From: Octopus bimaculoides | Lineage: Eukaryota | Length of the DNA: 47,948 nt | Reading direction: 5' to 3' | NCBI RefSeq assembly: GCF_001194135.2 | Contig: NC_068993.1 | Coordinates: 56,350,749 to 56,398,696, forward strand | In this document: positions 12,251 to 23,310 of the stretch, one piece after another | How the letters are laid out: the number at the start of each line of letters is the position of its first letter | Position numbering within the stretch: the first letter of the stretch is position 1 | Position numbers and translations under genes: made by a program | Notes under the pieces: model-generated | The model's input: the letters and a program-made list of their open reading frames with translations, nothing else | The model's database searches: none | What the model was told of the DNA's origin: nothing

Positions 12251-12682
12251 AAAGGCGGCGAGCCGGCAGAAACGTTAGCGCGCCCAGCAAAATGCCCAGC
12301 AGTATTTCATCTGCCTTATGTTCTGAGTTCAAATTCCACCGGTGTCAACTTTGTCTTTCATCCTTTCGGGGTCGATAAATTAAGTAACAGTTGCATACTG
12401 GGGTCAATGTAATCGACTTAATCCCTTTGTCTGTCCTTGTTTGTTCCTTCTATGTTTATCCCCCTTGTGGGCAATAAAGAAATAAGAAACGTTAGCAGGC
12501 CGGGCGAAATGCTTAGCGGTATTTCGTCTGTCCTTACGTTCTGAGTTCAAATTCCACCGAGGTCGACTTTGCCTTTCATACTTTCGGAGACGAAAATTTA
12601 TGTACCAGTTGTGTACTGGGTCGATCTAATCGACTGGTCCCCTCCCCCAAAATTTCGGGCCTTTTGCCTTAGAGTAGGAAAG
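12251..12682 (+). mobile_element. Composite SINE A: a T2-tailed copy joined into the head of an A1 copy, within one outer TSD
   Basis: Outer TSD aatatttgcgacaag (12236-12250) / aatatttgcaacaag (12683-12697). agaaacgttagc occurs at 12268 and 12485, flanking the inner copy that ends ...gtgggcaataaagaaata. Confidence 0.85.
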
Positions 12683-12965
12683 AATATTTGCAACAAGAGG
12701 TAGCTTGATCTGCTAATAATATATTCTCGTAGGACATAGGAATAGAGTTTGGTCAGGATAAATGTTCATGTTTGGAAGCCAGTTGCTGAAAAATTGCTAA
12801 CCTGACGTGGAATATGGGTACCAATGCCTGTTTATCTCCCTTACCGCTAATATCGATTGCTAAAAGCATTTCAGAATAGATAAAAATGCTGCATATATCG
12901 ATGCAGTGGTTAAAGTTTTTAAAAAATAAGAAAAACTTCAGTAGACTTCGGAAGTTGTCAAAATT

Positions 12966-13240
12966 AGAGCTGTCCGCGTGGCTTTGTGGTAAGTAGCTTG
13001 CTTACCAACCACATGGTTCCGGGTTCATTCCCACTGCGTGTGCAAGTGTCTTCTACTATAGCCTCGGGCCGACCAAACCCTTGTGAGTGGATTTGGTAGA
13101 CGGAAACTGAAAGAAGTCCGTCGTATATATGTATATATATATGTGTGTGTGTGTGTGTAAGTAAGTGTGTCTGTGTTTGTCCTCCCACCATCGCTTGACA
13201 ACCGATGCTGGTGTGTTTACGTCCCCGTAACTTAGCGGTT
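12966..13240 (+). mobile_element. SINE family B, 5' two-thirds with internal microsatellite
   Basis: tRNA-like head gtggctttgtggtaag...ggttccgggttcattccc, then gcaagtgtcttctactatagcctcgggccgacc. Confidence 0.85.
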
Positions 13241-13384
13241 GTAGTGTTGTAGATGTTATTGATGTTGTTGTTGTTATTGTTATTATTGTTGTTGTTGTGG
13301 TTATTATTGTTGTTGTTATTGCTATTATTATTATTATTATTATTAAAGACCTTGGATAGTCAGAATAATTAATGCATAGGGGAA

Positions 13385-13570
13385 AAACAAAATGCTTAGC
13401 GATATTTGTTCCAGTGCTTTACATTCCGAATTCAAATCCATCAAAAGCCATCTTCGTCTTTTAACCTTTCGGGTTCAGTGAAATAAAGTACCAGTCAAGT
13501 ACCGAGATGTCGATTTTAATAATCATCTAACTTCCTCCTACCAAACTGAAGGCTTTGTGCATTTACTAGA
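13385..13570 (+). mobile_element. Degenerate SINE family A
   Basis: aaatgcttagcgatattt...ttcaaatcc...cctttcgggttcagtgaaataaagtaccag. Confidence 0.65.
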
Positions 13571-14123
13571 AACTACCGTAATTGTCGTTTTTTTGGCTTT
13601 CAACGAGTGCAAACAAGTTATTACCACAATTGTTGCTGCGTAGTTTTTCACTTTGTTTTCCCAAGAATTCTCAAAATAAAGAAGATATGCTTTATTTGTC
13701 TAATCTCGGTGAACGAAGTTAATGAATCTTCAATTAACTAATATTTGCTCCTTTAAAAACAAAAGCGACGGGGCGGATTGTATCGAACATTTTATTTTTT
13801 CAGTTTCCTTCGAATTTGATTTGAAAGTTTAACACTAGATATTTAGATTAATATTTCGCAATACATTGGATTAATATTTTTGAACGAATAACTATCCTAC
13901 AGGATAAATAAATTATATTAAATTGCTTTACACACGCATACACACCATCAACCACCCATGCACACGTACGCACGCACACGCGCACACACATAAACACACG
14001 CACAAAGACACGTGCGCATATACATACAAAAGGTTATTCGGATTCTTTTCAAAAAACTTAAAACCGTCTTTTACATTTCGACCTTATTCATAATGGCGTC
14101 AAACGAACTCAGTAACACAACTT

Positions 14124-14154
<31 letters not shown>

Positions 14155-14279
14155 CGACGACAAGAAAAGAAGAAAGGAAAAAGAGAATAAAACGAACATT
14201 TAAATGTGCATAAAGTAAAAAGACACGAGCTAAGTTGCTTTGCAGCCAGACATAGATTTCTCAGGCAAGGATGACATTC

Positions 14280-14463
14280 AGTTCAGACGATGACGGCTGC
14301 GGGGCTGCGGCGGAAGCAACAACGATGACGACGGTGGACGACGACGACGGACGACGACGACGGACGACGACGACGACGGACGACGGCGGATGACGGATGA
14401 CGGAAGTCGGCGACGATGATCACGGTCACCGCAACGACGACGACCGACGGACGACGACGACGG
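14280..14463 (+). repeat. GC-rich (GAC)n / GACG degenerate microsatellite running into a gap
   Basis: Visible directly in the sequence. Confidence 0.9.
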
Positions 14464-14947
14464 NNNNNNNNNNNNNNNNNNNNNNNNNNNNNNNNNNNNN
14501 NNNNNNNNNNNNNNNNNNNNNNNNNNNNNNNNNNNNNNNNNNNNNNNNNNNNNNNNNNNNNNNNNNNNNNNNNNNNNNNNNNNNNNNNNNNNNNNNNNNN
14601 NNNNNNNNNNNNNNNNNNNNNNNNNNNNNNNNNNNNNNNNNNNNNNNNNNNNNNNNNNNNNNNNNNNNNNNNNNNNNNNNNNNNNNNNNNNNNNNNNNNN
14701 NNNNNNNNNNNNNNNNNNNNNNNNNNNNNNNNNNNNNNNNNNNNNNNNNNNNNNNNNNNNNNNNNNNNNNNNNNNNNNNNNNNNNNNNNNNNNNNNNNNN
14801 NNNNNNNNNNNNNNNNNNNNNNNNNNNNNNNNNNNNNNNNNNNNNNNNNNNNNNNNNNNNNNNNNNNNNNNNNNNNNNNNNNNNNNNNNNNNNNNNNNNN
14901 NNNNNNNNNNNNNNNNNNNNNNNNNNNNNNNNNNNNNNNNNNNNNNN

Positions 14948-15146
14948 GGCAGAGTGGTTAGCACGCCAGGCCAAATGCTTAGCGGTATTTCGTCTGTCTT
15001 TATGTTCTGAGTTTAATTTCCGCCGAGGTCGACATTACCTTTCATTCTTTCGGGGTCGATAAATTAAGTACCAGTTGCGTACTGAGGTCGATCTAATCGA
15101 CTGGCCCCCTTCCTCAAAATTTCAGGCCTTGTGCTTAGAGAAGAAA
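14948..15146 (+). mobile_element. SINE family A
   Basis: Head ggcagagtggttagcacgcc through tail ...caggccttgtgcttagagaagaaaagaat. Confidence 0.85.
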
Positions 15147-15399
15147 AGAATATACATAAAAAAGGTCAAATGTATTGGTGTGTGACTTTTGGCCCACCTT
15201 GTATATAAATATCTACACTCTTGTACACAAGTGTTTATCTTCTGAATATATTTAGTCTTTGTGTCTATATTTATCCCAGTACATATCTGTGTGCGTATAT
15301 ATACGTATATGTATGTATATCTATATATATCAAGCCCAATCGTGCTTATCTGCATCACTATATATGTATATATATGAGTGTTAAATAAAATGAGACAAC

Positions 15400-15780
15400 A
15401 ATCCAAGGCTGTGTGGAATTTTCAGGACATTTATGAAGAGAAAGTTAGTCTTACAGCTGTTTTGGGGATATTAGGGACATCCCTTCACCTGAGACGATGT
15501 GAGATGGTTAAATAGAGGGAAATAGTAGAGTTCAATATGAGGAGTTATTTTGGAAAAGGAAACAAATAAGGAGTATATAGGGCAAACAAAGACCAACAGA
15601 AAAAGTAGACTATCAACAAAGAAAATGTACTGGTGTTTAATCCGTTCGCCTAAACCCTTCAAAGCGGTTTAGCTGGACAAACCGTTAACCTTTCACATAT
15701 ATAACACCTCTTCCCGCTTCCTTCCGTCATGATATTACGTATCAGACACCGCTTGTCTTCACAAACTCCCTGTGATTTAT
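15400..15780 (-). mobile_element. Penelope-like element relic (GIY-YIG remnant plus pLTR-like end with degenerate hammerhead motif)
   Basis: LGERIKHQY resembles the PLE GIY-YIG L..R..EH motif; 15400-15500 is homologous to 31925-32035; hammerhead-like core at 15448-15495. Confidence 0.55.
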
Positions 15781-15819
15781 CGTATCCTTCGAACCTTTAT
15801 GGTTAATAAAGAAGAAATT

Positions 15820-16480
15820 GGCAGAAACGATAGATCGTGGAACAAAATGACTTGTAGTAATTAATTATAACCTTTAATCATATGAGTTCAAATGCCGCCA
15901 ATGCCAACTTTATTTGTTATCCACTGGGCCTCGATAAACTGGACCAAACTATTAGTCTAGTCCTGAGGTTGATTTAATTTGACAGCCCTTTAACCCGCAA
16001 AGGGCTGGTGAGCTACAGCCTTTATAATTTCTAATTCAACCCTGTGCTTATATTAGGAATTATAAAGGGTCGTGGATTTGTAGAAACGTCAGGGCGATGG
16101 ACAAAACGCTTTGCAGTATTTCTTCTGGTTCTCTGCGTTTTTTGAGTTCGAATCTTGTCAAGATCAACTTTGTCTTTTGTCTTATTGGGATCGATAAAAT
16201 GAAGTTCACAAAAATATTTCTGACCTTATGCCTAAATCATCATCATCATCATCATCATCTATTACGATGAGTGTTGATTGGCAAAATAGAAACGGACGTC
16301 GGAAAAAACGCCTTACAGTATTTCTCTCGATTCTTTACGTTGTGGGTTCAAATTTCATCGAGATCAGCATTGCCTTACATAACTCCGAGATCGATAAAAT
16401 AAAATGCCAGTGAAGTTCTGGGGTCGGCGTAATAAACTAATCACCTCCCGATAAATATGTTGGCCTCGCTCCTAAATTTG
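15820..16480 (+). mobile_element. Cluster of three degenerate SINE family A copies
   Basis: Heads at ~15820, ~16075 and ~16285, each followed by gttcaaat/gttcgaat and gatcgataaaat. Confidence 0.65.
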
Positions 16481-16512
16481 AAACCATTATGCATTGCTAT
16501 GGAAGAAAATAT

Positions 16513-16778
16513 TCTTTTCTACTCTAGGCATAAGGTCCGAAATTTTTGGCGAGGGGGCCAGTCCATTAGATCGATCCCAGTACGCAACTGGTACTAAATT
16601 TATCGACCCCGAAGGGATGAAAGGCAAAGTCGACGTCGGCGGAATTTGAACTCAGAACGTAAAGACAGACGAAATACCGCAAAGCATTTCGCCCGGCGTG
16701 CTAACGTTTCTTATTTCTTTATTGCCCACAAGGAACTAAACACAGAGGGGACAAACGTTTCTGCTAGCTCGTCGCCCT
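16513..16778 (-). mobile_element. SINE family A with a 43-nt T2 tail inserted in its head
   Basis: Outer TSD tatggaagaaaatat (16498-16512) / tatggaagagaatat (16779-16793). The insert 16711-16753 is flanked by duplicated aacgtttc. Confidence 0.85.
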
Positions 16779-17103
16779 TATGGAAGAGAATATAAATAAA
16801 AGACAGTTCCACTCGATTCTAATATTTGCAGAGACTATGTTAACATTGCATCTTCGAGTAGCTGAACAGTCAAGTCGACTCTAGTGGAATTTGAACCCAG
16901 AATTCAGAAAGTAAAAGATTGTAACTAGATACCGGTCGGCTTTATGTCCGACACATGGCCATCACTGCTAACCTGCCCAGATTTGCGATAAATTCTTGTG
17001 TGTATATAAATATTCAGAAACAAGATAACACTATCAAAACACCGTCACTTATTTACGTCATCAAATGGGAACTATTTTTATGGTTAGACCGTAGAGCTGA
17101 AGT

Positions 17104-17149
<46 letters not shown>

Positions 17150-17169
17150 AGATTATAGTACACCACACT

Positions 17170-17705
17170 TCATGCGAAGTGCATTCTAGAAGTTTTCTGA
17201 GTTTTTTTTAAAGGAAATGCAGTTATAAATGTCCTAGATCATTGTAATTTTAGTACACCATTACTAAACATCTAATAAGCTGACCTGCCACCATTTGATA
17301 TTCCATACGGAAGGAGACGGCTGTACCAGCGCTTTGAACACACCCTACATAACACTGCTTGTCTCAGCTGTTTTTTTCTTTTGGACAATGTTGTCGTGAC
17401 GTTTGATAATAAAGTTTTGGGCAAAAAAGATAAAGAAGCATATGAAATGCTTCAGACTGCTTATGAATGAGGTTTTCCGCTGGTACAAGAGGTTTAAGGA
17501 CGGTAAGAGACGATGATGGTGCGGGAGTGAGGGTGACGTCAGAACGTCGGCGCTGGTTGAGAAAATTCGCAATTTTCTGGATAAAGACCCTTATATATCT
17601 ATAAAGACACTGTGCATACAGTTTAGAATTGGTGTGACAACTGTACACTGAAACATCCATGAAGATATGAGCACGTGCAAAATTTGTTCTCAGGTTAATC
17701 ATCCT
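17170..17705 (+). mobile_element. mariner relic, N-terminal HTH region
   Basis: IKFWAKKDKEAYEMLQTAY..VFRWYKRFKDG...EKIRNFLDKDPYISIKTLCIQFRIG. Confidence 0.75.
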
Positions 17706-17901
17706 GGTAACCAACTACTTGACAACGATGGACATCAAAACTGTCCCCTCACCCGCCTTTCAGTCCACGCCTTGCTCCCGGTAAGTTTTACATGCAGCAG
17801 AAAGTGGCAAGTTTGTAGAATCCTTTGCACAACGGACAAAATGCTTCGCGGCATTTCGTCCGTCTTGCCATGAGAACCACTATCTGGTATTGCATCAGGG
17901 C

Positions 17902-17965
<64 letters not shown>

Positions 17966-18807
17966 NNNNNNNNNNNNNNNNNNNNNNNNNNNNNNNNNNN
18001 NNNNNNNNNNNNNNNNNNNNNNNNNNNNNNNNNNNNNNNNNNNNNNNNNNNNNNNNNNNNNNNNNNNNNNNNNNNNNNNNNNNNNNNNNNNNNNNNNNNN
18101 NNNNNNNNNNNNNNNNNNNNNNNNNNNNNNNNNNNNNNNNNNNNNNNNNNNNNNNNNNNNNNNNNNNNNNNNNNNNNNNNNNNNNNNNNNNNNNNNNNNN
18201 NNNNNNNNNNNNNNNNNNNNNNNNNNNNNNNNNNNNNNNNNNNNNNNNNNNNNNNNNNNNNNNNNNNNNNNNNNNNNNNNNNNNNNNNNNNNNNNNNNNN
18301 NNNNNNNNNNNNNNNNNNNNNNNNNNNNNNNNNNNNNNNNNNNNNNNNNNNNNNNNNNNNNNNNNNNNNNNNNNNNNNNNNNNNNNNNNNNNNNNNNNNN
18401 NNNNNNNNNNNNNNNNNNNNNNNNNNNNNNNNNNNNNNNNNNNNNNNNNNNNNNNNNNNNNNNNNNNNNNNNNNNNNNNNNNNNNNNNNNNNNNNNNNNN
18501 NNNNNNNNNNNNNNNNNNNNNNNNNNCAAGTTTTGTGTCTATAGCAGAAAGGATATTTTACGTATAGTATAGTACCTTGTACCACACTACAGCCTCTGTC
18601 ACGGTACTATTCAAGTAGCATTGTACCTCACATCACACAAGCACTCATGGTACTATACTGACCACATAGTGCCTTGCACCATACTACAGACTCCATCACT
18701 GCGATTACCACCACCATTATTACGCAACACCATCATCGTCACCATGAGAAAGCACAGACAATTTCCAGCCAACCAGCCAATTCACCACCACCACTACCAC
18801 CACTACC

Positions 18808-18838
<31 letters not shown>

Positions 18839-20022
18839 CTGAGCTCACTGTAAGGTGGGCGGGTCTAAATGTTTTTGATCTGTCTGTGTATTTGCATTGA
18901 AAACGAGGCATGGTCGTACTGTGTAGCTGTATTGGTGGTCGGTAAAAGTAGTCGTCTCTTTGTCTCACGCGCACACACGCAGACATCTGTATACAAACGT
19001 ACACATACACATACATACATACATACATACATACATACATACATACCTATATTAATGCATGGATGCATACATACACATACGCATTTAAATGCATGCGCAC
19101 TCAAGTGTGTGTATATATATATATATGTCTCACACACACGCAAATATCTGTATTCGAATATACACATACATACAAACATACATACATATACATACACACA
19201 TACATATATTAATGCATGCCAGCACATATACATACGCATTTAAATGCATGCGCACTCAGATGTGTGTCTGCGTATATATANNNNNNNNNNNNNNNNNNNN
19301 NNNNNNNNNNNNNNNNNNNNNNNNNNNNNNNNNNNNNNNNNNNNNNNNNNNNNNNNNNNNNNNNNNNNNNNNNNNNNNNNNNNNNNNNNNNNNNNNNNNN
19401 NNNNNNNNNNNNNNNNNNNNNNNNNNNNNNNNNNNNNNNNNNNNNNNNNNNNNNNNNNNNNNNNNNNNNNNNNNNNNNNNNNNNNNNNNNNNNNNNNNNN
19501 NNNNNNNNNNNNNNNNNNNNNNNNNNNNNNNNNNNNNNNNNNNNNNNNNNNNNNNNNNNNNNNNNNNNNNNNNNNNNNNNNNNNNNNNNNNNNNNNNNNN
19601 NNNNNNNNNNNNNNNNNNNNNNNNNNNNNNNNNNNNNNNNNNNNNNNNNNNNNNNNNNNNNNNNNNNNNNNNNNNNNNNNNNNNNNNNNNNNNNNNNNNA
19701 ATAATCGTACCCATTACTAACAAAAATAAAACACATCCAACAAGAATAAGGACCAGCTGTTGGGGTAACAACCTCAATTACAACAACAACAACAACAACA
19801 CCAACTATGGCCCCTGAAGTTACAACAACAACAACAGTTACAGCAACAACAGCAACAACAAGGAGAACCAATCACCACAGCAACAGTCGCTGATATGACA
19901 TTTATCACAACAACAACAAGAAGTATAACTATAGCATTTGCAACAACAACGACAGTTCTAGTCCAAGGTGATGGCTATAACAACAACAACAACAACAACA
20001 ACGAATAATAATAATAATAATG

Positions 20023-20053
<31 letters not shown>

Positions 20054-20424
20054 CGATGATGATGATTTACTTCAGTTACAACAACAACGACGTCGACTAC
20101 TCCCACAGCAATATAAGATGATAAGTTTAATGTAAAAGTATATATGTAAAGCATGTATTTGTCTGGGCATGTGTACTTTTGACTGGCCGACATTTCCATC
20201 CATCTACTGGAGTGTTTAAACAGCACACAGACACACGCAGACACACACACATGAACATACACACATACGCACACACATACACACACACACAAGCGCGCGC
20301 GCGCGTATATGTACACATTCACACACATATTTAATGACAGTTGCAGTAAAAATTAGATGAATATTTCTGTCCGGGTACGTGTACTTTTTAAAATGCAAAA
20401 TGCATGCAACTTGCTATTTTGCAT

Positions 20425-21201
20425 CTGCAGTATATCTTTCAAGTAAATGGATCTCCGTCGTTTTCGACGACGAGTAGTCAATTTTTGGTACCAAGACTTT
20501 TCGCAGAATTACGAGTTGCCGTTGGTCGGATTACGTAACCATTCAACCACTCTACCCAGAAACTGGGATACTTCCTGTTATTTGTGCGAATCGGGACCAC
20601 CAGCTCAGACTGTTTGGTAATGTTGCTCTGCAGTGTATTATAAAGTAAAAGGATATCCGTCGTTTTCGACGATGAGTAGACATCCTTTGGTACCAAGTCC
20701 TTTCGCAGAATTGCGGATTACCGTTGGTCGGATTTCGTAACCATTCAACCACTCTACCCAGAAACTGGAATGCGTCCCATTACTTGTACGATTCGGGACC
20801 ACCATTTCAAACTGTTAGGCCATATTGCTCTGCAGTATATAATAAAATAAAGGGATCTCCGTCGTTTTCGACGATGAATAGTCATCCTTTGGTAACCAAG
20901 AAGCTTCGCAGGATTATGACTTACCATTGGTCGGATTTCGTATCCAGCGATCAACTATTCTCAGAAACTGGGATGCGTCCTAGTACTTGTATGATTCGGA
21001 AACATCAGGCCAGACTGTTTGACCATGTTGCTCGATTAGTAAAGGGATCTCCGTCGTTTTCTACGATGAGTAGTCATCTTTTGATACCAAGACCCTTCGC
21101 CGGATTATGGCTTACCATTGGTCGGATTTCGTATCCAACCATCAACTATTCTCAAAAACTGGGATTCGTTTTGTTACTTGTATGATTCGGGAACACCAAG
21201 T
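20425..21201 (+). repeat. Tandem array of 4 units (~202/202/192 bp) derived from an RTE-clade LINE RT C-terminal fragment
   Basis: gga(t/c).tccgtcgtttt recurs at 20449, 20651, 20853 and 21045. Unit 2 translates FGTKSFRRIADYRWSDFVTIQPLYPETGMRPITCTIRDHHFKLLGHIA. Confidence 0.85.
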
Positions 21202-21313
21202 CATACATACATAAGTACATACGTGTGTACATACGTGCGTACATAGGTGCGAACATACGTGCGTACATACGTGCGTACATACATACATACTTACACATAC
21301 ACATACATACATA

Positions 21314-22208
21314 CGAGGTGAGATAAATAAGTTTCCGGACTGTTGCCATAGTAACCAAGCTAAATCACGCAGAGTGAAGCCGCTTAGCACAGATTGACCT
21401 TGAACTCTGCTGTGCATGCGCACTAAATTTTAACGTCCTAGCTCACTCCTGCTGTTTGCAGCAGTTCTTGGAAGAAACGTGTATAGTGCGTGATCGTTGC
21501 ATTGACCATGACAGAGAAAGTTGAGCAGAGAATCTGCATCAAATTTTGCCAAAAGCTTGGCGATACTTGCTCAGAGGCCTACACAAAGTTTTCACAAAGC
21601 TTTCATCGTTCTCGACACAATCAAGGAGATCTTGTGCAACTGAAACCTGAGTGTCTATTTAGTCAGCTGAAAGCAGTTTTGACAGAAACTTAGCAGACAC
21701 GCGTCTCATACCTAAAACGTCCGTGATAATGAACTTAAATGAACCGCAACTAAACTGCACATCCTCTGATAACGCACGGATGGTGGTTCGACAACTTCCC
21801 TTCACTGCTAAACGCATACCTGCGATATTTTTCTCAGTTCTGGTGGTTGCGTGTCTCCTAGAACGTTCGTCAATATCGACATCTTTTCGGCCATCTTGGA
21901 AACGTCTGAACCACTCGTACACTTGTGTGCAGCTCATACACTCCTCTCCATACACTTTCTGCAACTTTGCGTTGGCCTCTGAGCAGGTATCGCCATGACA
22001 ACTGTTTCTGTCATTGTCAATGCGACGATCACACGCTACACACCTTCCTTCCAGGCACTGCTGTAAACAGCGAAAGCGAGCTAGAACGTGAAAACTTAGT
22101 GCGCATGCGCAGCAGAGTTCAAGGTCAATCTGTGCCAAGCGGCTTCACTCTGCTTGCTTTAGCTTCGTTACTATGGCAACAGTCCGGATACTTAGTTATC
22201 TAACCTCG
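21314..22208. mobile_element. Palindromic mariner derivative made of two 5' ends joined tail-to-tail
   Basis: TA|cgaggtgagataa at left and ttatctaacctcg|TA at right. Left arm: MTEKVEQRICIKFCQKLGDTCSEAY. Right arm (minus): ...VYEWFRRFQDG...LGMRRVSAKF...QDLLDCVENDESFVK, ending before the first catalytic D. Confidence 0.9.
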
Positions 22209-22877
22209 TATGTATGCATGTGTGAGTGTATGTATGTATGCATGTGTGAGTGTATGTATGTACGCACGTATGTACGCACGTATGTACTTATGTATGTATC
22301 TATGTTAGTATGTAACTATGTATTTTAGTAATTGTCTTGGTGACAATCTGAAAGGAAGCTAGAATTTTCAGGCAAAAAATGTGATTCGCTAATGTACGCA
22401 CTTTACAGATGCAATCGTATACAAAGTAGAATCGTAAAGTTACGTTATGTAACACATGTTATTGCTAATCAAATTCCAGCGAGGGGGATTTGTGTCTTTT
22501 CTTACAAATTTGTTCATTCCTAGAAGGAAGAAGAATTGCAGTGGGTTAAAAAAGGACGCATACATACGTGTGCATATACATGCGTACATACATACTTAGA
22601 AAGATGCATACATTCGTACATAAACACACACGCATACACACATACATATATGTATACATACATATATGTATACATACATATATGTATACATACATACATA
22701 CATACTTGCATCAACTATGCATATATGCATACATGCATGCATAGTTGATGCAGGCTAAATTCCAATAAGAGAATTTTGTTTCTACGTTACAAGCGGCCTC
22801 TTCCTGTATTGATGAGAAATGTGGAAAAATATGTCCAGGACCCCGCCCCCACCATAAATATAAAAATATACATGCGC

Positions 22878-23310
22878 AGGTGTGATTGTGTGGTAAGAAG
22901 TTCGCTTACCAACCATTTGGTTCCGGGTTCAGTCGCACTGTGTGGCACCATGGGCAAATGTCTTCTATTATAGCCTTGGGCCGACCAAAGCCATGTGAAT
23001 GGATCTGGCAGACTGAAACTGAAAGAAGCCCATCGTATATATATATGTATGTGTGTGTGTGTGTGTGTGAGTGTGTGTGTGTGAGTGTGCGTGTGTCTTT
23101 GCGTCTGTGTTTGTCCCCAACTACCGCTGATAACCGGTATTGGTGTGTTTACATCCCCGTAACATAGCGGTTTGGCAAAGAGACCGATGGAATAAGTACC
23201 AGGCTTGAATTATAAAATAAGTCCTCGGGTCTTGATTCATTCGACTTGAAATTCTTCAAGGCGGTGCTCTAGCATGGCCGCAGTCAAATGATTGAAACAA
23301 AATAAAAGAT
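22878..23310 (+). mobile_element. SINE family B, near full length
   Basis: tRNA-like head, caccatgggcaaatgtcttc core, internal (TG)n and tail ...gcatggccgcagtcaaatgattgaaacaa. Confidence 0.9.

Noticed and set aside
20449-21201. CRISPR-like array
   Set aside because: Whole units are homologous with no unique spacers, they translate as LINE RT, and the context is eukaryotic.
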